Below the pieces are notes generated by a model. It had not been told where the DNA came from, ran no database searches, and saw only the letters and a list, made by a program, of their open reading frames with translations. The position numbers and the translations under genes are program-made. Shown here one piece after another: positions 1-9,298 of a stretch of 64,000 nucleotides of DNA (its first letter is position 1; every line of letters starts with the position of its first letter). The DNA comes from a virus (lineage: Duplodnaviria > Heunggongvirae > Uroviricota > Caudoviricetes): the IMG/VR virus record IMGVR_UViG_3300042568_000774; one strand, 5' to 3'.

Positions 1-213
1 AAATCCTCCAAGTTGGATTTATAAATTGGAAAAATATCCTTCAGAGATAGTTTAAGTGTCTCGTCTATTTTTTTATTTGAATCTAACAAACTCTTAACTT
101 TTCCACTAACAAAATCATAAATTAAGTTTGTAAATGGGATTGACGCTCGAGATACCCCCAAGTCCTCCTTAAGTAATTTTTTATATTGAGATTCAGTTAT
201 TACTATTTTCATA

Positions 214-942
214 TTGATAAATACTTTGATATTTCATATCATTAATGAAATACATAAAATTATGATAAAAAATACAACACCTTACATCGGTAAAATCAGA
301 TTAAAATTTGAAAAATACCCTGAATACACCGGGAAATCAAAATTAAATAAAATTCATTTAGATTTAGGTTTCACCAAATTGGTATCAAGAATCACACCTC
401 TACAGAATTTAGAAGGGTGGTTGATTAACCCTGAATCAATTTATTTAATAAACAAATATACCGGAGGAATAATTAAAGACCATACATTTGGTGATAACAA
501 TGAACACTCATTACCAAATTCATTCTTATCTAAAGATGGAACTTACATCGGTGATGTTGATAGAGGTTGGTGGTATTATAAAAACAATATGAAAGTTTGT
601 GACCAATACCCACACGGAGTTGCCGAACGTTATGATGATGAAGATAACCTAATTGGTTATCACGGATATTCTCATAGAGGTGGTCAAACATTCAAAATTG
701 GTGATAGATTATTTGACGCGTCTTATAAACCAAAAGAAGAAGATTATGAAGAGTGGGAATGGGCCGGATGGCAATTAAAATTTGAAGAATCGCATTCCAA
801 AGGTGATGATTTAGATAAAAAATGGATGGACAAAGAAGGAATTGGTTATGTCATACCATTTAACAAACGAGGTAGTAAAGTTATTGATAATTTTGAAGAA
901 TGTCTTCAAGCGGCAATTAATATGTCTAAAGACCTATCATAA
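214..942 (+). CDS. hypothetical protein (242 aa)
   Basis: Long ORF with W/Y/D-rich composition. Followed by a hairpin terminator at 941-975. No recognisable domain. Confidence 0.5.
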   Translation: MINTLIFHIINEIHKIMIKNTTPYIGKIRLKFEKYPEYTGKSKLNKIHLDLGFTKLVSRITPLQNLEGWLINPESIYLINKYTGGIIKDHTFGDNNEHSLPNSFLSKDGTYIGDVDRGWWYYKNNMKVCDQYPHGVAERYDDEDNLIGYHGYSHRGGQTFKIGDRLFDASYKPKEEDYEEWEWAGWQLKFEESHSKGDDLDKKWMDKEGIGYVIPFNKRGSKVIDNFEECLQAAINMSKDLS

Positions 943-975
943 AAAAAGAACCCCCTTAATTGGGGGGTTTGTTTA
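941..975. terminator. bidirectional rho-independent terminator (AAAAAAAGAACCCCCTTAATTGGGGGGTTTGTTT)
   Basis: An A-run, a C5 and G6 inverted repeat with a TTAATT loop, then a T-rich run. It lies between convergent ORFs 214..942(+) and 973..1245(-). The shadow ORF 842..1024 is simply this hairpin translated (KTPLIGGF). Confidence 0.7.
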
Positions 976-1245
976 TCTTCTTCTTCTTATAAATCTATAT
1001 TCTTCTTTGAATCGTTTAATATAATCAGGTAATTTAATTGGTTCTTTTTCTTCTTTTTTAGGAGGTCTTTCACTTTTAATTTTAATAATGTTATATTCTT
1101 CTTTGAATTTTTTAACATACTCGGGTATTTTAATTGGTTCCCCTTCTTCTTTTTTACCCCCCTTTTCAGGTATAACAACAGCACGATTATACTCCTTAAG
1201 AAAGTCCATATTGATTTGTTTTTCTTCTAATATTTTCTCAACCAT
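973..1245 (-). CDS. K/E-rich small protein with a tandem 32-33 aa repeat (PKKEE.EPIK.P.Y.K.FKEEY x2)
   Basis: The ORF overlies a tandem nucleotide repeat of about 96 bp at 1000-1200. The coding status is uncertain. Confidence 0.4.
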   Translation of the reverse strand: MVEKILEEKQINMDFLKEYNRAVVIPEKGGKKEEGEPIKIPEYVKKFKEEYNIIKIKSERPPKKEEKEPIKLPDYIKRFKEEYRFIRRRR

Positions 1246-1260
1246 TTAAATTGTTTTTTA

Positions 1261-2082
1261 TTACTTCAATAAGTTATAGTATTCTTTAAAGTGTTTGATT
1301 CTATCAGGTAATCCAATAGTTCCACCATTTACTCTTTTAGTTACTGCAGTTACAGTAGCGTCGTCAGCACCTTTATCACAAATAGACCAAAGTTTATTTG
1401 AGTCAAAGAAGAATGCCGCAGAAGCTAATGGGTATTTTGTTGCAACTAAATCAGGATTAGATACAGTATCTTCACCAATAAATTTAGCAAAGTTTGTGTA
1501 GTTTGATTTCCCTGTTAATTGGATATAACCACGACCTCTGAATTTGAAACCGTCTTTTGTTGATTCATCACCATTACCCATTCTTCCACCATACACTTTT
1601 GATGCAATTTTTTCAGGGTTTCTTGCGTAAGATTCCGCTAAGTTACCCGGGAAATATTTTGGGAATATCTTTTTAAGACCATCCGCAGAATAGTTAACAT
1701 TTTCTGATACCGCTTTGAACCCACCTGATTCGTGACCACATTGAGCCAAGAAGTGAGCTAATCTTAATGCGTTTGTAATATTGAATTTTTTTGCAGTGTC
1801 AGGAATCTGAGCAATTACTGCCTCAGGGATATGTCCTTTTAATTTTTCTAATTTGAATGGTCCACCTGTTGGGATAACTACATCTTCTTTGATTATTTCA
1901 CCCGGAAACATTTTTTTCCAAGTTCCTTCACCAACGATTCCATCAGCAGTTAATCCATTTTTAGTTTGCCAGTCTTTAACTAACTTTTCAGTACCAGGTC
2001 CGAACACACCATCAGCGGCCGTACCTAATTTTGTTTGTAATTTTTTTACGTCGTCTCCTTTAGACCCTACTTTTAATAACAT
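1261..2082 (-). CDS. endolysin / peptidoglycan hydrolase: N-terminal PG_binding_1-like repeats plus a GH19/lysozyme-like catalytic domain
   Basis: The N-terminus reads LQTKLGTAADGVFGPGTEKLV...GLTADGIVGEGTW, a peptidoglycan-binding repeat. The motif LAHFLAQCGHESGGF is typical of the GH19-like phage lysin family. An ATG is confirmed at 2082. Confidence 0.7.
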   Translation of the reverse strand: MLLKVGSKGDDVKKLQTKLGTAADGVFGPGTEKLVKDWQTKNGLTADGIVGEGTWKKMFPGEIIKEDVVIPTGGPFKLEKLKGHIPEAVIAQIPDTAKKFNITNALRLAHFLAQCGHESGGFKAVSENVNYSADGLKKIFPKYFPGNLAESYARNPEKIASKVYGGRMGNGDESTKDGFKFRGRGYIQLTGKSNYTNFAKFIGEDTVSNPDLVATKYPLASAAFFFDSNKLWSICDKGADDATVTAVTKRVNGGTIGLPDRIKHFKEYYNLLK

Positions 2083-2125
2083 AATTTTTAATTTTTACTC
2101 TAGTTTATTTTTATTTATAAATATC

Positions 2126-3118
2126 TTAATAACCGATTGAAGTTGAATTTGAATAACCGGTATTAATTAAATAATAATTTGATGACCCTCCATTTACCGG
2201 AGAGTTGATTGTTATACTTTGAACACCCGGATATGTTATTCGTAAATCCGTTGTTGATGTGTTTATTATATTGTATTGAGCCGCAGTGAAAAGTCGTGTA
2301 TTAGGTAACAAATCATTCCAAGTGGGTAATCTACCTATCCTTTTCATAAAAATGTGATATGCGTCAGATATGTTAATTCTACCATCATTATTTACATCAT
2401 AACGATAATAATCCAATGATGTGAATGTTCTTGAGATTGCTTTGGTGTTTGCGCCATAAGCGTCACTATTTTGTAATGTTGTTACCGGAGTTGGTACGTC
2501 AATTTGAAGATACCATTCAATCGAAGGATTAGATACTTCATTAATCACATATCTACCATTAGCATCTGTATATACGGTTTTAACATACTCCCAATTTGTA
2601 AATGTTACAATATATTCAAATTCTAACACATAAGGTAATGATACATTAGGCAAATCATTCCATTTACCACCCCCAACAAACTGAATGTAATCTTCATTAT
2701 TTGAGTTATTTGGTTCACCACCATTCCAGTTAGACCAACTAAACGGTTCACCCGTTACCCATCTCCATTGACCTTCTACAACTTCATCAGTCAATCCAAT
2801 CCAACCATTAGGCCATAAATTAAATAAAAAGTTGTTTTCGGCTAGTGAAGTTGATGTAACTAAATGACCACCCATATTTAAACAAGCCTGTCTCGCATCG
2901 GTCCAAGTCATAGAACCCGTAGACCTATAGTATGAATGTCCGTTATAATTGTTTTGAGATGTAAATCCGTTTAACGTTGGTGTTGTTCTTTTATATAATT
3001 TTACACCAACATTTTGAGCCCCACCACCTCCAGCGTTATAGATATAACCTGAATATGTAAAATTCTGACCAAAAGATATTGATGTGATAAAAAATAATAT
3101 AAAAAATAATTTATTCAT
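2126..3118 (-). CDS. secreted C-type lectin domain (CTLD) protein with a dockerin/EF-hand-like Ca-binding loop
   Basis: Signal peptide MNKLFFILFFITSISFGQ. Canonical CTLD motifs are present: CLNMGGHLVT, WIGLTD, GQWRWVTGEPF, NWNGGEPNN (EPN), EDYIQF, GKWNDLPN (WND). DVNNDGRINISDAYHIF is dockerin-like. Confidence 0.7.
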   Translation of the reverse strand: MNKLFFILFFITSISFGQNFTYSGYIYNAGGGGAQNVGVKLYKRTTPTLNGFTSQNNYNGHSYYRSTGSMTWTDARQACLNMGGHLVTSTSLAENNFLFNLWPNGWIGLTDEVVEGQWRWVTGEPFSWSNWNGGEPNNSNNEDYIQFVGGGKWNDLPNVSLPYVLEFEYIVTFTNWEYVKTVYTDANGRYVINEVSNPSIEWYLQIDVPTPVTTLQNSDAYGANTKAISRTFTSLDYYRYDVNNDGRINISDAYHIFMKRIGRLPTWNDLLPNTRLFTAAQYNIINTSTTDLRITYPGVQSITINSPVNGGSSNYYLINTGYSNSTSIGY

Positions 3119-3565
3119 TTATATGTCTAACGCGTTTTGTATAGCTTTTTTTAATGCCGATGAAAAGGCAGATTTTTCAAATGGTAAGTTTTCATCTTGT
3201 AATTCGATGAATGTTGATTTAACATCAGTATTAGCGTCGCCAACACCTTTGTATTCTTTACCATCCATAGTAATAACTAATGTAACCACTGTCTTTTTTC
3301 TTTTTCTTTCAAATGGGCCTAGTGATATTCCTGTTGAAGGAGCTTCAATACTTTCAATTAACACTGAAACAGGTTTACCATCTTCACAAATAGTTTTATT
3401 AACTGACAATATTTCTTCAGTTATTTGTTTAACCCCCAACGTAAATCTTTTTGGGTTAATCCCCTCAATTTCTCCGTTATTTTTAACGTCTTTCACTGAA
3501 TAACAATCCTGTGAGTAAACTGATGTTACGAATAACAATCCGATAAGTAATAATAATTTTTTCAT
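3119..3565 (-). CDS. secreted hypothetical protein (148 aa)
   Basis: N-terminal signal peptide MKKLLLLIGLLFVTSVYSQ. Co-oriented with its neighbours. Confidence 0.5.
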   Translation of the reverse strand: MKKLLLLIGLLFVTSVYSQDCYSVKDVKNNGEIEGINPKRFTLGVKQITEEILSVNKTICEDGKPVSVLIESIEAPSTGISLGPFERKRKKTVVTLVITMDGKEYKGVGDANTDVKSTFIELQDENLPFEKSAFSSALKKAIQNALDI

Positions 3566-3567
3566 AT

Positions 3568-4362
3568 TTAAAAATCTAAATTTCCACCTATTAAGACATT
3601 ATTCATAATCCCAAATTTAGGTGTTGTGTTTATGTTCATTCTCCAATTAATATTCATCTTAAACCATTTTGATACGTTTACCGATAAAGAATTTCCAACC
3701 ACTGAATTGAATGTTGTTGAAGTTCCTAATGTTCCCAAACCTAAATCGTAATATGGTGAACATATTGTTATAAATGTTTCAGGAGTCCATTTAATATTGT
3801 TGGATAATTTAATTTCTTTATTAGCCATTAATACAGTATAAGGAACTAATATAAAATAAACGTATTTATGGTCTTCAAGCACTGATGAACCAATTTGAAC
3901 TCCAAAATTTATTTTATCAGTTAAAAACATTTTAGTAACACTACCCCCTAAATTAATCGTAGTACCCATCTTACCAAAATTAAAATGATAATACAAGTTT
4001 TTATTTTTATAGTAAGAAGAATAGGATTGTTGTGTTAAATCAAATGTTAAAACCGCATTAACCCCAAATCCTTTACCATCATTTATTTTACTCCATCCCA
4101 AACTTGTACCATATCTCCATCCATCTTCATATGTAGGATTTTGAATTAATGCAAAATCTGCGGATGTTAACATAGGGTTAGGTTTAATTATAGAACCACC
4201 ACCAAATGATTTGGATTGAGCTCCAATTATATTATTTTGGGAATTTCCAAATAGTTGATTAGAGCTAGGTGATGAACTAGAGGGAGGAGGTGGTGGAGTT
4301 GTTTGTCCAAATAGATTACCCCAAATTAGTAAAGGTATCAGTATTAATAATATTTTTCTCAT
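3568..4362 (-). CDS. secreted protein, possibly an outer-membrane beta-barrel (264 aa)
   Basis: Signal peptide, a Pro/Ser-rich linker (TTPPPPPSSSSPSS), then alternating hydrophobic beta-like segments. The C-terminus ...NLDF ends in Phe, as many OMPs do. Confidence 0.45.
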   Translation of the reverse strand: MRKILLILIPLLIWGNLFGQTTPPPPPSSSSPSSNQLFGNSQNNIIGAQSKSFGGGSIIKPNPMLTSADFALIQNPTYEDGWRYGTSLGWSKINDGKGFGVNAVLTFDLTQQSYSSYYKNKNLYYHFNFGKMGTTINLGGSVTKMFLTDKINFGVQIGSSVLEDHKYVYFILVPYTVLMANKEIKLSNNIKWTPETFITICSPYYDLGLGTLGTSTTFNSVVGNSLSVNVSKWFKMNINWRMNINTTPKFGIMNNVLIGGNLDF

Positions 4363-5843
4363 AAAAGTGCTTTAGCCCCTATTAGGACTTGATAGTTTAA
4401 TGTTTGGTCGTTTATTTGGTTTATACCACTAAAACTTAAATTAAGTTTAAATTTTTTAGTTATTTTATAATCGGCAGCAACAAATGGTACGGCTAAAAAC
4501 CCTGATTTATGCCACAGACCTTCATAATAATACACATAAGGTGAATACACCATAACAAACATAGTTGTCATATTCATTTTCTTATTTAGTTTAAATCCAC
4601 CTAAAACCCCTGCTAATGTTGATAAACTTTGGAATTTAGATTCTCCAATATTACCCATTGTTAAATTAACACCAACAGTCCCTGTTATTTTACCAAATTG
4701 ATAAGATTCCATAACTGAAACAGTATTAAAAAAATCTTTATCAAAATTAATCATTGAGGAGTTTGCCAATATTGTTGTTGATTTTTTATGACGATAAGAA
4801 ACAAATAGTGTTAAGTTTGAATTGTTAATTGAGGTTGTAAAGTTTAATAAAGCCCCTTTTGCAAATGTATTTTTAGTGTTTGAACTAATAATACTCATAT
4901 TAACTCTAAGCTGTGCTGGGTCAGAACCTGTTGCACTTGATATTGTAACAATATCTCCGGTCATCATTAAACTACCTTTTTTAACTGCCGCAACTTTACT
5001 TTTAGTTGAACTTGAACTTTGTGTTGAACTACTTGTTGCATCATCAACTTTGGATTCTTCTTTATCTTTTTTCTCAACAGCGTCAGCTCTTACCGAATTA
5101 ACACCACCAGTTATATTACTAAAACCCCCTGAATTTTGATTACTTCCTGTTGGATTATTAGTATTTGGTGTTGTGGGGTTATTAGTATTTGGTGTTACAG
5201 GCGACTGAGACGGTTGACCTCCTGTTGTAGATGGGACAGTTGGACTTGAAGTCGTTCCTCCTTGCGGATTAGTTCCATTTCCAACTCCTGAACCATTGTT
5301 TTGATTTCCCCCGCTTTGCGAAGTTCCTGTATTTCCGTTAGTAGTTGTTGAATTTCCTCCGTTATTATTAGTTGTTCCATTATTTTTTGTTTTAGGATTA
5401 TCCCCATTTTCGTCATTATTTGATGATACTTTTTCATCCGCCTGAATAACACCTTCAATAGACGCACCACCAATGGAAGACACTGATGAAATATCTCCTA
5501 AAGCGGATAAGACAGTCGTAATAACAGCGATATTGTTTTGTGCTACAATGGCATTTACTGTGGTATTTTGAGATAAACCAATACCACTACAAGGACCTGC
5601 GGGATTTTGAGAATTAACTTGATTAATCCAATTCTCTAAAGCCCCCGATTGTAATTGAGAAGGTGTAAAACTTTGGGTTTGTCCATTATAGCTTAAGGCA
5701 ACACTCCCATTTGGATTTGGGATGTATATTTCTTTGGTTTTCAAAGTACAAGGGTCTTCATACGAATATGTAAACCCTTGTCCCAATGAATACACTGATG
5801 ACAATAAAAAAAGTAATATTATAATTGCTTTTTTCATTTTCAT
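4359..5843 (-). CDS. secreted low-complexity (N/G/T/S/P/Q-rich) protein with a beta-rich C-terminal domain (494 aa)
   Basis: Signal peptide MKMKKAIIILLFLLSSVYSLGQ. A long disordered N/G/T/S-rich linker precedes a beta-strand-like C-terminal domain. ATGA stop/start overlap with the upstream gene. Confidence 0.5.
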   Translation of the reverse strand: MKMKKAIIILLFLLSSVYSLGQGFTYSYEDPCTLKTKEIYIPNPNGSVALSYNGQTQSFTPSQLQSGALENWINQVNSQNPAGPCSGIGLSQNTTVNAIVAQNNIAVITTVLSALGDISSVSSIGGASIEGVIQADEKVSSNNDENGDNPKTKNNGTTNNNGGNSTTTNGNTGTSQSGGNQNNGSGVGNGTNPQGGTTSSPTVPSTTGGQPSQSPVTPNTNNPTTPNTNNPTGSNQNSGGFSNITGGVNSVRADAVEKKDKEESKVDDATSSSTQSSSSTKSKVAAVKKGSLMMTGDIVTISSATGSDPAQLRVNMSIISSNTKNTFAKGALLNFTTSINNSNLTLFVSYRHKKSTTILANSSMINFDKDFFNTVSVMESYQFGKITGTVGVNLTMGNIGESKFQSLSTLAGVLGGFKLNKKMNMTTMFVMVYSPYVYYYEGLWHKSGFLAVPFVAADYKITKKFKLNLSFSGINQINDQTLNYQVLIGAKALL

Positions 5844-5846
5844 TTT

Positions 5847-6194
5847 TTAATTTAATGTGCTTGAGATAGAATTACCATCTTCTTCGTCCACTTTTTGAAT
5901 TAACATTTTATCTCTATCTTCAGAGTTAAACCAATAATCAACAACTTTATTTAAGTTACCAACAAAGGCTCCTAATAAAATTAATAACATTTCTTTCCAA
6001 TCCTCACCAATAGTGAATCCTAAAAAAATACCTAAATTAATACCAAAAATGATGAAAAAGAATAAGAATAATACTATTCCTGTAATTTTCCAACGATTAT
6101 TTTGCATTTGTTGCAACATAAAATAGAATCTGTTTTTATCATCTACTTTAACATATTCGGATTTACCTCCGAAAAAATCTTTTAATTTACTCAT
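5847..6194 (-). CDS. small membrane protein (2 predicted TM helices)
   Basis: Hydrophobic stretch ITGIVLFLFFFIIFGINLGIFLGFTIG followed by LLILLGAFVG. Holin-like topology is possible but unproven. Confidence 0.45.
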   Translation of the reverse strand: MSKLKDFFGGKSEYVKVDDKNRFYFMLQQMQNNRWKITGIVLFLFFFIIFGINLGIFLGFTIGEDWKEMLLILLGAFVGNLNKVVDYWFNSEDRDKMLIQKVDEEDGNSISSTLN

Positions 6195-6199
6195 AATTT

Positions 6200-6913
6200 T
6201 TAACTTTTAAATATTCCTTTTTTAATCATTTTAGAAACCACTCTAGACGCTCCGGTTTCAAGAGCTTTTTTTGTTGATATACCAATTGTTGATTGGTTAA
6301 ATTTTATTTCATCAACACCGTCTAATAATGAGGCCGTTTTAACAGTGGACGCTTCACCTAAACCACTACCGGTAATTATTTCCCCGGTTTCCGCATCTAC
6401 AAATCTAACTTGTAAACCTAAACGAGTAGTTTGAGTTGTTTTAGAACCATCGGTCATTTTAACTTGTTCATCTTCTGATACAGAGAAGTCATATACTTCA
6501 ATGTAAACAAAGTATTTTGCCAAAATGACATTACCCTTAACTTCTATTTTATTACTTGAGATTCCTTTATCAGATGCTTTATCTTGAGCAATCATTTTGT
6601 TTTTGATTTCTGATTTATCTTCAGTAAACATAAATCTATCTGTTGATTCTAAAAATTCTAAAACAATATTTGCAACTCCAAGACCAACACGTTTGTCTTT
6701 TAACTCCGGATACATCTCATAAAGTTCCTCATTGATACCAATCTTCAAAACATGAATTGGTAATACAATATCTCCGGTATAATCTCCAACAACATCAATT
6801 GATTGTTTTTTCTCAAAATCCGCTTTATATTCTTCAGTTTTAACTGTTCCTATTGTCTGACTAAAAGAACATAAACTCACAAATAAAGTTGTTATTAAAA
6901 ATAACTTCTTCAT
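6200..6913 (-). CDS. secreted/lipoprotein-like hypothetical protein (237 aa)
   Basis: Signal peptide MKKLFLITTLFVSLCSFSQ with a possible lipobox Cys. Confidence 0.5.
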   Translation of the reverse strand: MKKLFLITTLFVSLCSFSQTIGTVKTEEYKADFEKKQSIDVVGDYTGDIVLPIHVLKIGINEELYEMYPELKDKRVGLGVANIVLEFLESTDRFMFTEDKSEIKNKMIAQDKASDKGISSNKIEVKGNVILAKYFVYIEVYDFSVSEDEQVKMTDGSKTTQTTRLGLQVRFVDAETGEIITGSGLGEASTVKTASLLDGVDEIKFNQSTIGISTKKALETGASRVVSKMIKKGIFKS

Positions 6914-6914
6914 C

Positions 6915-7250
6915 TTACCAAGGGTCTTCTTCCTTTGGTTTAGCCGGAGCAGCCGGAGCTGTTGTTGGTGCCGCTTGTTTTTCTACAGTTTTTTCTTTAA
7001 TAATAGTTGTTGTTCCACCACCTTGTTGTTTTTGTTGGTTAGTGTTATTATTTGTTAAATTTACCACAACAGGTGCAGGCGCTACCTGTTCTGTTTTAGC
7101 GTCTTTTTCTTCTTCAGAGTGACCACCGAAAAGCTGCGTACTTAACCAAACACCTCCTCCCGCTACCACAGTAGTTAAAGTTCCGATAATTGTTTTTTTT
7201 AATCCTGACCAAGTCCCGTCTGATTCAGGTGCGTTTGTTTCTTCTGACAT
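6915..7250 (-). CDS. small TM protein with a Pro/Ala/Thr/Lys-rich tail
   Basis: One hydrophobic helix (IIGTLTTVVAGGGVWLSTQLF) followed by a low-complexity tail. Confidence 0.4.
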   Translation of the reverse strand: MSEETNAPESDGTWSGLKKTIIGTLTTVVAGGGVWLSTQLFGGHSEEEKDAKTEQVAPAPVVVNLTNNNTNQQKQQGGGTTTIIKEKTVEKQAAPTTAPAAPAKPKEEDPW

Positions 7251-7311
7251 TTTAATTAATTTTTATTGTTTATTTTCCTATAAGGCTGTGGGGTCTTAAC
7301 AACCCCGAAAA

Positions 7312-9201
7312 TTATTTTTTAATCAATATTTTAGAAGTCATTGGTAAATCTTTCTTTCTTAATACTGCGATATATTCACCACTAGGTAAATAACCTAAAT
7401 TTGACATGTAAGTATATTCTCCTTCCGGCATTGATTGATTAACTATTACTTTAATCTCTCTACCATCTAAAGAATAAATCCCTAACCATGTATTCCCGTT
7501 TTCTGTAACTCTAAATTTTACATTTACCAAATCATCAACAGGATTTGGATAAACTGTCATATCACCAATTAATTTTCCAATATTCCCAACTCTCATAATT
7601 TGAACAATTCCATCCGTTGGTGTAATTTTAAGGTCTCTTGCAAATGTATCACCAGCATGTTTTCTAGTCACATATAACGGACTTACCATCCAATCACTTT
7701 GAATTTGTTTTGAAATGAATTGTAGAGTAAACGCCAATTCATTGTCATTTAACAATTTTGTATTAAGTGTCGGGTCATATCCCCCCCATTCAACTACATT
7801 ATCGTTAGGATTCATAAATGATAACCAACCACCAATTTTAGATTCCGCTCTAATCCCTTTGAAATCTAATAATTCACTATTATAATTCATCGCCAATTGT
7901 AATGAACCTAATTGTCTTCCGTTTGTTTTAACTGATACCGGAACTTCAACTAAATTTTCTTCATTAACTGATAAATTTGGATAGTGAACCTCAATAGTGT
8001 TTAATGTATTATTATCATATGTTGTAGTAACATCGATAATGTGTAATGGTGCGTTAGCAGGATTTATAATTTCAATTGGTGTCATACGAGCCATTTGGAA
8101 TCCTGTTCCGTTTGCGTCACCCGGAGCTGCTACGTAGAATGTTACTGAGTTTCCTGCTCCTGGTAAGATGTTGAACACTAAATCAGTTACACCCTGAATT
8201 GTAGATTGTAATGAAGTTGTTGCTCCGTTAATAGATGCGTATTCTGAAACACTAAAGAATTTAATATCCTTAACCGAGTTTGGCCAAGAAGTAAATCTTC
8301 CTGATACTCTTCCAAATACACCATAAACGTCTGATACAGTAATGTTGTTATCACCATTTACGTCAGCCGTATAAAAATCAAATCCTGTAGGTGTATCTTG
8401 ACCTAACACGAATCTGTTAATTTTTTGCGAATCAGACACGGAGATAATATTTCCTGTCGCCAATGTTGAACCGTTAACTCTAATTCTAACATCCCAACTT
8501 GTGATGTCTATTGGTAAGTTAGTGAACGTAAAGTTACCATCAACATCTGTTGTTGAAGTTGTTACCGTAGTCCAAGTTGATGCGGTCATTAATTTTTTCT
8601 CTAAAATAACAGGAATGTTTTTAGCACCTGAACCAGTTACGTTAGTGAATGTACCACTATAAGAAAATGTTTGTGGTAAGAATACACCACCAAAGTTTTG
8701 TAATGTAAGTGCGTAATCCATACCCGCTTGATTTGTAGCTGTTTGTGGGAATGTTTGCACACCTGAAAAAGTCATTGGTGTTGTAGACGTTAACGACGCA
8801 AATCCCGCAACGTGAGTTAAGTTTAACTTAACAAACGCACCATTTGGTATCGTAAACGAGGATAAGTTTCCGGTATATGACATAGTGATTGTCACAAACC
8901 CCACAGCTGGATTATCCACAAATTGTAGATACTGTGCATAAGATGTGTTTAATGACGTAACGTTTGAAACACCTGAAAAGGTGTTTTTGTCATAAAACAC
9001 TCTGAATTGTGCTGCGGTAATAAGTTCGGTTGTGTTGTTGTAAAAACACAAACCAACTTCAGTATTACCAGCGGCTGTTGTTGCTATTTGATAGGTCGCA
9101 TCAAGTGTCACGAAAGCCCCTGTTGTAGTTGGGGTTGGACAAACCTGTGAGAAACCTACTAAACCAACAAATAAAAATAGTAAGGTTACTAATTTTTTCA
9201 T
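7312..9201 (-). CDS. large secreted protein with a T9SS C-terminal sorting domain (Por_Secre_tail-like) and a dockerin-like loop
   Basis: Signal peptide MKKLVTLLFLFVGLVGFSQ. The C-terminus ...VYPNPVDDLVNVKF...GEYIAVLRKKDLPMTSKILIKK matches the type-A T9SS CTD pattern. DVNGDNNITVSDVYGVF is dockerin-like. ATG confirmed at 9201. Confidence 0.7.
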   Translation of the reverse strand: MKKLVTLLFLFVGLVGFSQVCPTPTTTGAFVTLDATYQIATTAAGNTEVGLCFYNNTTELITAAQFRVFYDKNTFSGVSNVTSLNTSYAQYLQFVDNPAVGFVTITMSYTGNLSSFTIPNGAFVKLNLTHVAGFASLTSTTPMTFSGVQTFPQTATNQAGMDYALTLQNFGGVFLPQTFSYSGTFTNVTGSGAKNIPVILEKKLMTASTWTTVTTSTTDVDGNFTFTNLPIDITSWDVRIRVNGSTLATGNIISVSDSQKINRFVLGQDTPTGFDFYTADVNGDNNITVSDVYGVFGRVSGRFTSWPNSVKDIKFFSVSEYASINGATTSLQSTIQGVTDLVFNILPGAGNSVTFYVAAPGDANGTGFQMARMTPIEIINPANAPLHIIDVTTTYDNNTLNTIEVHYPNLSVNEENLVEVPVSVKTNGRQLGSLQLAMNYNSELLDFKGIRAESKIGGWLSFMNPNDNVVEWGGYDPTLNTKLLNDNELAFTLQFISKQIQSDWMVSPLYVTRKHAGDTFARDLKITPTDGIVQIMRVGNIGKLIGDMTVYPNPVDDLVNVKFRVTENGNTWLGIYSLDGREIKVIVNQSMPEGEYTYMSNLGYLPSGEYIAVLRKKDLPMTSKILIKK

Positions 9202-9298
9202 TTAGGTTTTTTTTTATTTTAAATTTATTTACTCTGATGATAAATATCATAAAATCGCAATATAGAACTTAACCGAACTATTTATTTATAAAAAACTT

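Noticed and set aside
842-1024. ORF 842..1024 (+) and the N-terminal MKTPLIGGF extension of ORF 24267..25004
   Set aside because: Both are translations of terminator hairpins. AAAACCCCC...GGGGGTTT reads as K-T-P-L-I-G-G-F. The real start of the second gene is the ATG at 24956, which has the upstream TATATTTAT box.
2126-3118. Diversity-generating retroelement (DGR) associated with the C-type lectin gene
   Set aside because: No reverse transcriptase ORF is visible nearby. No template repeat of the CTLD 3' end is visible either, and the CTLD is the canonical EPN/WND type, not the Mtd-type.
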